Source: a virus
Lineage: Duplodnaviria; Caudoviricetes
DNA: 35,675 nt
Strand: one strand, 5' to 3'
Virus record (IMG/VR): IMGVR_UViG_3300044513_003136
Location: 1-35,675 of that record
Shown here piece by piece: positions 9,329-24,300 of this stretch; the first letter of the stretch is position 1, and each line of letters begins with the position of its first letter. The translations under genes and the position numbers were made by a program. The notes below the pieces were generated by a model, which saw nothing but the letters and a program-made list of their open reading frames with translations, was not told the DNA's origin and ran no database searches.

Positions 9329-12300
9329 TTAATATGAGAGAGATCCTGTATTTCTCAATCCATATCCTCTTCTTTGAATTTGAGGATATGTTGAAAGACC
9401 TGCAGGAGAATAATTTGATAAATCGAAAGCCACTGCATTAAGTCCTCTCTTAGAAAATTCCAATCTTCCCCAAGAGAATTTGCCAATATTTACACCAGAA
9501 GTGGAAATACCAATAATATCAGAATCCGATTTAACGTTTGCAGTTACAACTGCATTTACACCATCGCGTGTAATACTATGAACATAGTATATATTATCTA
9601 GGAAAGTTGTACCAATTCCAACTGTTTCTGAATCTGTAGTGTCAATGGTTGTAAGACCATTTCCAATTTGGGTATCATAAATGTAAATTGGATATCCCTG
9701 AGAAAGGGAAAGGAAGTTACCAGAATCAATATTTAATTTGAATTCCAATGCTAAATCAGTTCCAACCCCAGAAACTTGTGTGATGCTAGTAACTATTCCA
9801 GCAAATCCTTGAACAAATTCAATTCCTTCAATGGTTTCAATTTTTGTAGTTGGGCTTGGGATAGATACTGTTGGTGTTTGAGTATATCCAATTCCACTAT
9901 TTGTTACAATACATGATAGGACTGTTCCATCAGATCCAACGTTTGCAGTGCCAGTAGCAATAACAAGATTTTCCACTGAAGGATCAGTTGGTGATGTAAA
10001 TTCCAAAGGTATTTGTGAATTTGGAGTATATCCAGATCCTGCAGAAGTCAAAGATAGATCCTGAACATATCCAGAAATCTGAGAAACTGCTGCTAAAGCT
10101 TCAGATACAAAATCTCCACCTGTAAATGTTACTGTAGATCCTGATATGGTGTAATCTTCTCCAGGATTTGTTACTGTTATGGATTCAACTCTCTTGCCAA
10201 GAATTACGATTGCTGTAGCACCAGTTATTCCACCTGGATTTGGTTCTAAAGGATTGTTTGAGAATGAAATGGTAGCATCTGGCATTTCTGCGCTAGCACT
10301 TCCAATAAAGGAAATGCTCAATATTCCATAGTGATCATAATTGGCACCACTATTTCCTTCTTGATATAATCTGAAGTAAGTATGACCACTTTGCTGATCA
10401 GATGATAATGTAAAGTCATAATTATCTAAAACACCAGCACCAGTTCCATTATCAACCGCACTAATAACTACACCCAAATCAATCCAATCGAAAGCACCTG
10501 GTGTGGCACCTTGTTCTGTAACTTGATATTGAATTCTGAGGTCTTCAACACCCTTAATATCGGGTGTTTCACCTCCATTAGATCCGTTACCTCTAATAGC
10601 ATAAACACGAACAGTATCAATTGATCTAGCATCAACAGCACTGAAAGTAACAAATCTTGTTCCTGAAGATCCACCAAATCTCAAGTGATCAGATCCAACA
10701 TTAAATCCTCCTGTTGTTCCAGATCCAGAACCATTGGGGACAATAGAAGTTCCATTACCAAACTCGTAGACATTGCTAGCATCTATGGTATCATAGGTTA
10801 TGCCATCAAGTTCAACACCTACTAAAGAACCATTTAAGATTTGAGCAGTTGCGGATTGACCAGCAAGACCTCCACCGAGACTTACTAATGGTGGATAAGT
10901 ATATCCCGAACCTGGATTAGTAATTTCAAATCTCTTCAAGAATCCAGTAGAAGAAAGATTGGCAGTTGCTTCTGCTCTTAAACCACCAGTAAACCCAACA
11001 GTAGGAGCAGATTCATATCCAGAACCACCAGAAGTTACGGAAACATTTGTTATGCCACCCAGTTTAATTATTGCAGATGTAGATGCTTGAACTAATTCAA
11101 CATCATCAACTAAAAGACCAGAAACCTCATTTATAGTTCTTAATATTGGTTGTCCTTGCTCATAGAAGAACTGCTGTGCATCATCAACAAATATCTCAGT
11201 GTCCGATTGAGTTAAAGATTTAATTACTCTAGATGTTGGATAAATTTGTGCGGATAATAAATCTCTCTTCTTAGAAACTACAACACTGTTAATAATTCTA
11301 TCTCTCTTTTGAGGTATAACAGTTAAAGGTCTTGGAGTTGTGGTATTAATTCCAATTCCACTATAAACATTAGTTTCTAATAAATCGGACTGTAAGATAT
11401 CAAAAACGATTCTTTCATCTTGAGTTTTACTTGTACGATAATCGTTATTCTTGTTGATTCTTATAAAGTCACCGATCTGTAATCCAGGATTTACATCTTC
11501 TATGAAACTATCGTCTCCTCTAGTTCCTCTATAGAAGAATATATCGACATCATCTTCAGGTCTGATTTCTTCAGTGAATATAATAGAAGTTCCACCGAAG
11601 AAATTGTAAGATTTATTCGGTTCTTGTAGAATACCGTTAACAAAAACTAATAGTAATGCTTCAAGATCAATAAGAACTGAATCTGGATCATTCTTATCAA
11701 TTTCAAAACTGATCAATTGGTTATTTCTATAAAGAGGGAATCTAGTTCTTGGTTCTGTTTGATATGGTTTAATATTGTCAATAAAATCAAGTTCTCCAAA
11801 CTGCCATAATGCAGAAGAATCTTGGAAAGTTCCAAGAACTTCAATTTCAAAATTTTCCATTGGAGAATCCATGCCTGCTGCAGTAACTAAACCAACAGCA
11901 GTAAATTTATCCCCTCTGCGGAAATTATAACCATTTCTTACAATCTTAAAATCTTTAACTTCAAATAATTCTAAGTAACTTGGGGTTCTTGATGGTAGAG
12001 AACTAGTACCAATAGCAGTTGTAACAATTCCAACAAAAGAACCTATTGCCGAAGCAACATCTGCACAATAAGGAGCACCTGCTGGATCTAATGTAATGAA
12101 ATTGTCAAAATACTGAACTCTTTCAGTGTACTTATTTGGTAAAGTTCTAGATACTGCAACAGTATCGCTATTGATAGCAGTCGTAATTATTGCCGTCAAA
12201 GTATTGATAGAGGTTTCGACTGCGGCATCAATTGTCATTCCAAAATTCTGAACTTGAGTTTCAGTTGTAAGACCTTGAATGGTTATCGTATTATTTTGTG

Positions 12301-15300
12301 ATATATCAACCAATAAATCTTCAAGATGACCAACAACTTCAGCGGAAAGTGTTACATTTCCTGTTCCTACTAGGAAATCATTATTTGCATCATTAGCGTA
12401 TGCTAGTGCAATATCATATATTGAGTTATTTCCACCATATAGTAGATTGAAAATAAATGCTGTGATCAATGAATCAATATCTTCTCTACATGATGTAGGA
12501 CCAGTTGGGAAGAAGAATGTTGGATTAGCAATTAACATTCTATCAATAGATTCATCAATCAATAGAGTTCTGTTTGCTTCAATAAGATCAGTTGTATCAC
12601 TATATGCTTGACCAAGAAGTGTCCAAGGAATTATTTCCTCATTTCTCATTGCACTAATCATCAAAGTTGACGCTTCTTGGAATGCAGTAATAGATTCCTG
12701 CTCTTCACCAGCAAACTGTGCTTCAGTTATATAAAGATTTGCAGTATCAACAACATTTCCATTACCACTAAACTCTAAGTTGTATGCAATAGATTCAATA
12801 GAATCTATAATCTTATTTTTATAATTTTGATCTCCACCTGGAACAGAGAATGATGGATATTGAGAAAGCATTTTACCAACTGCAACATCTGCAATCAATA
12901 GTTTGTTTCTCAGTATTAGATTTGATGCGTCGGAGAATCTATCGGGCATTCTCCTTTCAGATGGTTCTACATTTAGATCTAAAAGCAAACCATTTCCAGT
13001 TTCTGTTGTTAAACCTACACCAAATCTTGATATTCCAACAACTTCCAACGCTCCGTAAGAAGGAACTGGAATAACTGGAGATGGATTAACATATCCACTA
13101 CCACCATAGATAACGCTATAGGACAATGAACCTCCAGCACCTACTAGTGTGCGAATGATTGCATCATCTCCAGTATGAGATGCATATGTAATTCCAATAG
13201 AAACTTCACCATAATATCCAGATCCTGAAGTTAGATCTAAGTGATACTGATATGCTGCTCCACCTCCAACATAATCTAATGCAACAGTCCCAACCCCAAC
13301 ATTTGCTACAAATGTTCTGTCTCCATTTATAGCAACTACTGGATAAACTTCATCGGAAGTTGATCCTGTAAACAGGGTGGTTGAAATACCAGCATTATCC
13401 ATCTGGAAGTTTTGTAAGGATACGAAATCACCAACACCCACAAGATAATGATCATTACTGCTGGTAAATGTCATAATTCCAGTTACGTGATCATATTCTG
13501 CAGTGGTAATTCCAATCAATTCTCCGATAGTTGGATAATCTTTAACACTAACAATAGTTCCATTAACGTCAGTATCAAATATTGCTTTTGATCCAATCAA
13601 AGGCGCATAACCCAATCCTGATGTAGATCCAGTAGAAATAATAATTCCACCTCTAGGTATTTGATTTTGATTAACATCAGAATCACTAATGATTAAATCA
13701 TTAGTTTCAGGACTCTTAATTCCAGTAAATGTAATATTGGTTAAATCATTCTCAGATTCTAATGAATAATTATTACCTTCATTATTTTCTGTAGATGGTG
13801 TTTGGAATACTTCGTTGATAAACAAGATTCCACTACCAGGTTCGACATAATCTACATCTTGACCTTGATATCTAATTGCAAATGTTTGTGCAATGCCAGT
13901 AAATTGTGGTGATAGATCATCATAGATTAAATTTTTAGTATAATCATTTCTAAGGAATACTCTTCCACTAAAAACAGATTTTGGTAATAGAAGATTTCTA
14001 TTATCAGTTCTATTATTGTCACCTACTCCTTTTGGTGCTTCTGTAAAGTAGAGAGTATCTTTAAGAATATTATATGACCCACGATAAATTCTTGCCTCAG
14101 TTTGATCAGTGTGTGATTCTGCTATAGAACCAACGGCACCTCTATCAACTTCAATTATGGGATAAATTCCAGTTCCACTAATAGGACCATTAGGGTGCGT
14201 TGCAAATCCAACATTAATAACTTTAAGATATTCATCATCAATTTTTACAAGATCTCTTGGATTTACTGAAGAAATTCCACTAAGAACTACATGATCTTTA
14301 GTTTCATTAAAACTCAAAGTTACGGTATGTGCAATATCAGTATAGAGTAAAGGATATTGTGTAATATTATCAATTGTAATTAGTGCCTTCTCATTCTTTT
14401 TCTTCATTTCAAACATATGATCATTTCCTTGACCATAGTCTGTAAATGTAAATCCTATTCCACTATTTTTAACACCTGCTAATTTGAATGTATCAGCATT
14501 AAATCTAATACAATAAACTCTAGATGGCATCTTATCTGTGGTTAAACCACATGAATATGAACCAGTGATAGATGTTGCTGCTCCTGGATTGGACATCGAG
14601 ATGCCAAATCCAAGATTATCCGTATAATACGTTGCTGTTCCTGATGGAACATTAGAATCTAAGGTGATAGATCCTGAACCAATGTTAATAATTGAACCAA
14701 CAGATCCACCACTAGAATTGAATACATTAGTACCTGTAGTGAATATGCTGGTAACAGCAATTCCTGTAGCGGTAGGTGTCCCATCGCCAGTTGCAACAAA
14801 ATATTGGAATGTTTGTCCAATGGAGACAATCGTCGTTCCTGAAGTAATTCCATCACCCTCTAATGTTTGACCAACCTCTACTAAATCTTTATCGGTAATG
14901 TCTGTAAATACTGTTGCGGATATTGTTGATATTCCAGTGATAACTGAACCTGCAAAAGTTGTTCCACCAACTTGTGTTGTTCCAATACCAATAGGTCCAG
15001 AACTAATTCCAGCATAGGTTGAACCTGGAGTGTAAATCAATTCTTCTCCAGGTGAGAAGAAGTGATCTTCAATAGTAATTAATCCTGTCTCCAAATTCAT
15101 ATTATCTGAAGATGGGGCGATTGATTTTGCAAAAATTGGAATTCCTTGATACTTAAGTTCAAATTCTAATTGGTCATTACCATCTCCATTCAATGAGTTG
15201 TATTTTGAAGTTATAACTTCTTCTTCAATTGTTCCGTAGATCAGATCAACTTTTTTAGTTTCTCTATCTATATCTCTATAAAGAATTTCTGAGTATGAAG

Positions 15301-18300
15301 TTATATCATATCTTCCAAAATCACCTGCTTCTGGATGGAATTTTAATATGATATTTTGAGCATCTGTAGTTGCGCTGAAAGTTCCCAATCCAGCAGTACT
15401 GCCGACAGAAATGTAATACTTTGGAAGTACATATGTATTAGTTCCATCATAACCAACAAGAACCTGATGAATGGCAGTTTCATCATTGTGATTGATTTTA
15501 ACTATAGATTTAAATGCAGAATCTAAATTCACATCAACAGAAACAATCTCTTCGGATGGATTAACAGCATCAGTTGCTACACCAACTACCTTATGTCTTG
15601 TTTCATATCTAGCAGTTCTTTCAGAACCATCTGGTTGTGAATTTGGTTTAAATCTGAAGGTTGAAATTCCAGCAGTCGTTGTTGGCTCAAAGTTATATGA
15701 TTTAGTCTTGAGAGCAACGGTATTATCAGAATTATTTTCATAGGAAACATTAAGATAACCATTACTGATAGTTGCACCAAAAGAACCGATAGGAGTTCCT
15801 GATGATCCACTTATTAGTGCTAATGAATCTATAAAATATTCTGCAATATAGGCATCTGTACCGTCATGATCAATTGCAAGTTCAACAAAGTTAAGATCAT
15901 TACTTTCAATATCTCTTACAAATGCCTCAATCATCATTCCGTTTGTATTACCATTCCAAATTACTGAGAAATTGGTAGAAACACCAGATTTAACTTCTTC
16001 CGATTTTGTAGTTATCTTAACCTTACCAATAGAGGTAGATCCAACACCTGTTTTTGTAGTATTATGATATCCCCTAACTGCTTTGATGGTGTAACTACTA
16101 TCATCTGGATCCTCTGGTTGTGCCCTTAGGTACATGACACCAGATTCCATGTTACCATCGTATTCAATAAATGGTTCAAAAGTATTGCCTACTTGACCTC
16201 TATTAATTGTATATGCATTTGTCTTATCATTAAGAACTACAACATCATCAATTTGGAAATCAGTGTTTCCATTTCCAATAGTTTGAATTAAGAATCTAGA
16301 ATATCCAACATAATCTGGGTACACTGCAAGATCTACATAAGATTCTTGTCCGAAATTTTTACTGGAAAATCTATCGCTAATATCATCTATTGGAAGAACT
16401 CTATTAGTTTTACACTTAAAGTAGTCTGTAAGTTTTTTATTTAAGAATCTAATATCTCTTGTTTTTTGCCCACTTGTGGAGGAATCTAAAACAAGATCAA
16501 ATCCATTTCTTTGATCTGCTCTCGAATTGCTAATAAAATCGGCAATAAGAGTAGTTGCTGATTGATTTACAACATCAACTTGTACATTATTTGAAATCTG
16601 AACGTCTGCAAAATTCTTAAGTCCTGTTGGGTGTACGACTCTATTAACAGTATCTGATAACTGATCGAAAGGAATAGGACTTCTAATTGAATATGATAGT
16701 GATTGGTAATAATCATTATCTGAAACAACTTGTTGATCAAAACTTAATAAACCTGTTTCATTATTCCATCCACCAACTTGAGTTGAAGTTGCGGCAGTAA
16801 CAAAATTTCCATCATTGAATTTAAAGTTTTCTACCTTCGCAATAGATCCAGATTTTTCTCCCTTGATTAAAATTCCATTTTTAATCGCGCCCTTCCCCTT
16901 TAACTTCACATAAGTACTAACAAAATCATCAACAATATAATCACTCTTAAAGAATCCTGCGCCATAATTTAATAGTATAGATTCATTCTCTAAGAATGAA
17001 CTATTTTCCTGATTTGTATCGAATATTGGATATTCTCTTTTGTTGATGATTGATGCAAATGATTGAATTGCAACAGCAGTTCCTGGATCCTCTCCAATAT
17101 CAAAAACAACGACGGCGGGATTGGTTGGTTGATAATCAGTTACTTTAAAGAATTTGTATCCATAATCTTCGGAATTGAATCCCTTTCCACTTATCTTTGT
17201 AATTCCTTCAACAAAAACCTCATCTCCAATACTAAATGGTGGAGTAAAAGTAGAAAATCCAACGATTGGAGTTGATAATGTTGCAGAAACTAAACCTTCG
17301 GAAGTTGAAGTTAAAGTTCTAATGTTAATTCCATTGGTGTTATTTACTGTATAAACGTCATGTTTAACACTTGCAAGACCCTTTGCAGAAGAAATGATAT
17401 TAATCTCTGTAATAGATCCAGAGCTTAAAATTGCTTCAAATGAAACTCCTTCGATAACTTTTCTTGATTCTGAATCAACACAAACAAATACAGGTGGAGT
17501 GAAATAATTTCTTCCTCCAAAAAGAATATCAACGTTTGTAATTTCTTGGTTATCAATAATATTGCAAATTAGGGATGATCTTCCTTGAGGTGCTAACGTA
17601 TAATCGGAAGGATATATAACTCCTTCGTTTTTAATTCTAACATCGTTTACATTTCCAATATTAGTTGTTTCTATTTGTATTTTTGCATTAATCCCGTTTG
17701 TAGTTTTAAACCCAGTGACTTTTGGTAGTTTCTGATATCCGATTCCTTCAAACAATGGACGTATTTCCGAAATACCCCCAGAAGCACCTTCTGCAGTGGT
17801 TGTATATTTTAGAGAACTAATTTCGGATGAGTTGTATGAAATTCTTTCTGGTCTTCTACTTAAAACGACACTAAAAGTAGTTGTTCCAGAACCAACAACT
17901 TTATATTTTCCATTATAGTCGCTTGGTTTAGTTTTGATTGATGAATAACTTCTAACATCCAAATCTGGAGATACTACATCAATTCCTCTTCTCAGGGAAT
18001 AGAATAGTTCACTATCAATTCCACCCAAAGGTTTGATTGATACAGTATTTGTTCCAATACCAGATCCAGGTGTTCCTATTCTTTGGATATTAAACTGATC
18101 TGTAGATCCTGTTGATACAAACTCGTTAATAAATCTATTATCATAGAAGAATTCTAATTTAGAATCTAACAATGAGGGGTCAGATACATCAAAAACTAAC
18201 GTATCATTTTGAGTAATATTGATTGATGGATTAATCAAACTTAATGATTGAGATTCTCCTCCAGTTGATCCAAAACTTACAATAACTTTTGGATTGGAGG

Positions 18301-21300
18301 TGGTATCATTATAAGTTTCTGCAAGACTGAACTTATCCTTATCAATCTTTACAATATAATATTCTCCTGTAGATAAACCTACAATATTTGAATAATTGTT
18401 ATAATCATAAAATACTTTATCTCCATCATTATACTTATGATCTATAATGGAAATTCTGTTGGTAAGAGGATTGACAGATTCTGATGTAAATCCAACAGTA
18501 CTTAAAAGAAGTTTTTTGTAAGTGGAGTTATATTTCAAATTCACATAAGATGCAGTAACTGCAATTCCGGCATTTTTATTTGAAATTAATTCTAAATCGA
18601 TTAGATCATCATCAACTAATCCATGTTCCGTCTGGGTTGTAATTGTTGTTTGTATAACTTCACCATCGACTATTGTTCTTGGTTTGAATACCTCTAAGAA
18701 GTACTCATAGTTATCACTTCCATTGGTTTCAAAGTACAATCCTTCACTTCTTCCGGGAGCAGTGGAAAGACCAATAAAATCATTACCCTTATTTACAATG
18801 AATAGATCTTTTGAAAGATCTGATTGTGGTGGGAAGTATTCGGAGATCTGAGTATAAGGATCATATCCAAGAAGAGAATCTTCAGAATTAGATGGTCTAT
18901 GAAGTCTTACTCTTTGATTTTCTTTGAATGGATGATTTGGTATGTAGATGGATGAGGAATCTATAGAAATAGTTTTAGTTAATTCGCCAAGAGAGTACTG
19001 GACATCTACTGCTAAACCGGGAGTAGTTCCAATACCAATGGATTCGGTTGGATTGAAGTAAACTTTTCTATCTACGTTCGATTCAAAATCTTCTGTTGAT
19101 AAATTAATAGTAAAGTATTCTGGCAAATAGTTTACTACGGATGTTTCTGTATGAGCAGCACCAGCATTTCTAAAGACTCTTAAAACCCTATTTGTGTCAA
19201 ATTTGCCCAATACCGACATTGCTTCCGAACCAATTTTGATTGAATTTCCAATAGCAACATTTGATGGTATTTCTGCAACGTAAATATCAGTTACAATTCC
19301 AACTGAAGTTGATGGTATTTCTTTTACAAGAAGGGAAGAATACGTAGTAACACCGATTCTGTGTATACCACTTAACCCTGGAATAGTAACCTCTTTCAGA
19401 TTTTCATATTCTTGAAGAGAATATGTTGGGACAGAAATATTTCCATCCAATACAAATCTATAAATGGCACCAGCATCAGTTGCATCTTGATCTTCATAAG
19501 GTGCTCCAACTACTGCAATACCGCCATCAACAGCGACACCGAATCCAAATCTATCTCCAGATTGTGCGTCACTAGCAGTTATCTTTCTTTCATTAGTTCC
19601 ATCTAAATTATAAACGTATGCAGAACCAGATGAACTTCCAGTGTCATCATCTCCCCAGGAACCGACAATGATATAATCATCAGTTACAGAGACTGATGAT
19701 CCAAAACGATCAGTTGCAGCACCGTCGCTTGCAGTTATGATAATTTCACCTGTTCCATCAATATTATAAACATAAACTGCACCTTGCTCGTTGTTAACGC
19801 CTGGAGCGCCGACAACAATCTTATTGCCACCGATTGCTAGTGCTTCACCATAATTGCGGTTTGTCGTGCTTCCAGTGTTATCTGATGCATTGATAGTAAA
19901 CGGATTGCTGCCATCTTGATCAAATACGTAAACAGTACCCGTGTTACTAGCAGTTTCATCGGCAAAAGGAGCACCCGCAGCAACTTTACCGTGACCAATA
20001 GCAACAGAACGTCCAAAGGTATCTCCAATATCTGGGTCACTTGCAGTAATTTTTATTTCTCCAGTCCCATCTGTATTATAGACATAAATTGATCCAGAAA
20101 TATCACCGCCATCATCATCCAAGTGCGCTCCAATAACAATCTTTCCATTGGTATCATCAATATCAACAGATCTTCCAAATTGATCATCTGCTGCACCATC
20201 AGATGAAGTGATTTTAACTTCTCCACTACCATCTAAATTAAAAACGTATACGGAACCAGATGAACTTCCATTATCATCATCACCAGTAGCACCAACAACA
20301 ATTTTGTTAGCGCCTACTGCTAAAGATCTACCAAAGACATCCCCAGAAACATTATCTGAGGACGTTATGATTACTTCGTTTTCCCCATTAATATCATAAG
20401 CATATACTGCACCAATAGTAGAATCGTTAGCAACAACAATCGTACTATTGCCAATTGCAACTACTGTTCCATAGTTGTTATTTAAGAATCCAGAAGAATA
20501 TCTGATTTTAGTTTGTAGTGTTTGTGGATCAACGGGTACTAATTCAGTTCCAAACAGTGGAAGTTCTGCTGGATTTGTGAAGAATGTTGGTTGATATAAT
20601 GTAATAAAAGATTCATCTCCCAATTCGTGATATGGTTGGATATACAAATCTAAAGATTCATTGTCTTTTTTGACAATAGTCATATCACTGTAAAGATCTG
20701 CACTTGTTGCAATATTATCAATAACCTTTCCTTTTACAGAATAAACCTCTGCAGATGCTCCAAATCCACCAGTATCAGTATTATCCACGGTCAAGGTATC
20801 ACCCACCTTATAACCCTCTCCAGAATCAATTATATTGAAACTGGTTACTCCTCCCTTTGATGCTTCTTCTATACTTGCGCTAATTGATCCCCTATCATAT
20901 TTAAAATCAACATAATCTGTGGAAGAATATAAAGAACCTATTCTATATGGGAAAGTATTTCTTTGAATATCTCCAGTTGAAAAATCATAGTTAATTTGAT
21001 TTATATCAAAGACGTCGGTCTCAACTTTAGACTTATAAAACTGTCCAATAAAGTATGGGAACTGTGGTATAAATGAATCAATAGCATCGGGATCAGATTC
21101 AATCGTTCCAAAATAAGCGTAGGTTCCGTTTGGAAATTCTGGAGTTTTTGTATATCTTCCATTGTAAATATCGAGATCGCCACTTCCATCATAAACATAA
21201 TCTTCAACAAAGAATCCATCTTCAAATTTGTCGGAAGACGGTCTATTTTTTACTAGATCTGTGCGTAGTTTGTACCCACTCTTGAGTAAAGAAACTGCAC

Positions 21301-24300
21301 TAGAATCACTTGGGTTGGTGTATCCAAATGGTCCATAAATTGGATTTCCATCATATGCCCATCCAATAATTGGAGAGTGATCTGGCTCAGATTCTGTTCC
21401 AGGATTGTCTACCAAAGAATCTCTAATTGTATCATTATATCCAATAACAGAATATAGAACTTCATCTTCTTGGATTGTTCCAAAAGAGTTTAGATACTCT
21501 GAACCAAATCTGTTGAGAGTATTAACTCTTAAACGTCTAACATTTAAATCTATATTAAAACCAGATCCAGATGATCTAACACCAATAGTATCTTCGGATG
21601 AATATCCAATACCACTCTTAATGACAATTACACTAACTAATTTTCCATTTTCAATGATCGGATTTAGTTTTGCACCAGTACCTGTTTTGCTGTTTATAAT
21701 AAACTCTGGTTTGGAGAAAAACTCACTACCTGTAGTTTCAACAACAACTTCAACAATTCTTCCATTAATAATAACAGGTCTTACTGATGCATCCTTCCCT
21801 TGCCTTACAGTAACACTTGGTTTATTCTGATAATTTAAAATATCAGAACCATAATCACTACCCTCTTCATAAATGTAAGTATCAATGATTGATCCTCTTA
21901 CTAATGGTTTTGCAGTGATAGTTTTATTTGTTGTTGCATAAGAAACACCAATATCAACTTGAATATCTGGATAATTAAATTTCTGATATCCAGTTCCAGT
22001 AGAAGTAAATCTTACATAATCTCTTCTATTGTATTCTGAGGTAATAGTTCCACCAATACCAGCGTTTGCTAATTTGAATTCATTATCATTTAACTTTAGA
22101 ACATAATATTGATTGGACGTGGATAAACCTGAAATTGGTCCATCAGATGTGTACTTAATTAATTCTCCATCTTTAAAACCATGATTATCAAATATAACTT
22201 TAGATTCTGAAGTGGAAATACCTGTTGGTTTTACAATTAGGTTTCTATTGGTATATCCAGATCCTTCTTCTTTAACTGCAATATCAACAAGCACCTTTTT
22301 ATAATCTATGGTCTTAAATTTGTGAATACCACTATTACCAATAGTGGTAAATCCAACAGTATTAATTCCTGCTAGATAATCAGTCTTACTTCCAAATAAT
22401 TGGATAGTATTTGCATTAAAAACTTTTGTATAATATGAACCACCATTCAATAAAGTTTGCGATTGATCACTATTACTTCCATAATAAGTTCCAATTCCAA
22501 TCTCATTATTACCATTTGAACTATAGACAATCTCCTGCCCATCAATTAAATTATGATTTTTGGTAAAAGTAATTGTTTCATAGAAATAATTTAAATCATT
22601 TTTTGCATTAAATTCAAATTCATTTTGTCTTACCTCAACAATTGGATCTAAAATACATCCACTTCCATTTCCACCAATAATACGAACATAAGAAATAGTA
22701 TTGATTTCAACTTCTGGAGTTTCTAGTAGAATTGATTTTACCGATCCTTGAATAATAGGAGTAATTAAACAAGTTGATCCAGCAGATACCGGTGGAGATG
22801 ATACTTTTAATTCTGGTGTATTAATAACATCATAATTTTTTCCACTATTATAGAGAGTTTTTGATGCGATAGGACCATAATAAATCTCATCAGTTCCTTT
22901 ATAACTAATAATTTCAGTTCCATTTACAAGCATACCTACAGGTTTTCCTGCGGTAGTTTCTTCATTTTGACCGTTGTTTGTATTAGGTTTAAGTGAAATC
23001 TTTCTTAAAGATTTACTGGATGTAATCTTTTTATCGTATTGTCTTTTTAAGGTTAAAAAGTGTTTACCTACTGGTTGATTTGGTAAAACTTGAATCTCTA
23101 CAAAATCATCAGTATAGATAAAGGATTTGGAAAGATATAGACGAACAGTATCTTCTGAAATAACCTTAACAAAATACTTATTTTCTGGCGTTAATCCAAA
23201 GATTGGATTATTAGGATCTTCCGAAGTATAGATTACTTCGTCTCCAGTAATGAATGGTAATGGTAATTGAATCTGTGGGAAGATAATAGTGTTATTAACG
23301 ACTGTGACACTATCCGCTCTATTAAGAAATCTTGTAGCAAATTCGGATTTGATTTCAAAATCTGGTAAAGAGTTTGTTGCTACGTAAGCATAATTATCAC
23401 CATCACTGTATACATTTTGAATATTTGAAAGTAAATTTGGATACTTTAATTCTGCAGACTTTGAACTAGCATACTTTAATCTTCTCTTTACATCAATAGT
23501 TCTCTGTTTCAGAGTAACTCCAGAAGTATTTACATAACTGTCCAATCTTAAACTATAATTATTTGCATCGGCAACTCTACCGTATCCATAGATAACGTTT
23601 GTTTTTCTGTCAATAATTTCTATTTCATCTCCCCTTTTCAAACTACTCTTATCAAGAGGATCTTTAGTAGTATGTGTAGTATTAGATTCTGAAGATTCAA
23701 TCTGATATCTTGAACTGGTATTATAGATCCAGGAATTAAATAGTAGTTCTTTATATGATTTGTTTAATCTTGGGTTATCTATATTATCACCCAGATTAAT
23801 TACCGTAACACTTTCATTATCATTTGTTAATGTTGTATCGCTTGTGAAATTTAATTGCGATAAAATATTGGAAACCGCAAATCTAACTATTTTACTTGTG
23901 TCACCATTCTCATATGCATAAACGTAAAAAGTATTCTTAACCTCATCTTTATCGGATATTACTTCATTTACACCCGAACAATTTAAGAATTGATTTACTG
24001 TTTTTTCTGTATATGAAATTACATTGTCCCCACAAATAATGGTTCCATTTTGTGGAAATCCAATAGTTGAATCAACGGTTAATGTTTTAGAATCAATTGG
24101 AAAATCACCAATTACTTTAGATGATGCAGTTATATCAAAAGTTCCATTAATTAAACTTCTATCATCATATCCTTCAAATAAAGAAATTTTATATGTATAC
24201 TTACCTCCTCTATTTACAATTTCTACTTCAGAAATAGGTCCATTAGCAGTTCCATCAGAACTAACTAAAGTTTGTCCAATAATTAAATCTGGATTTGAAC

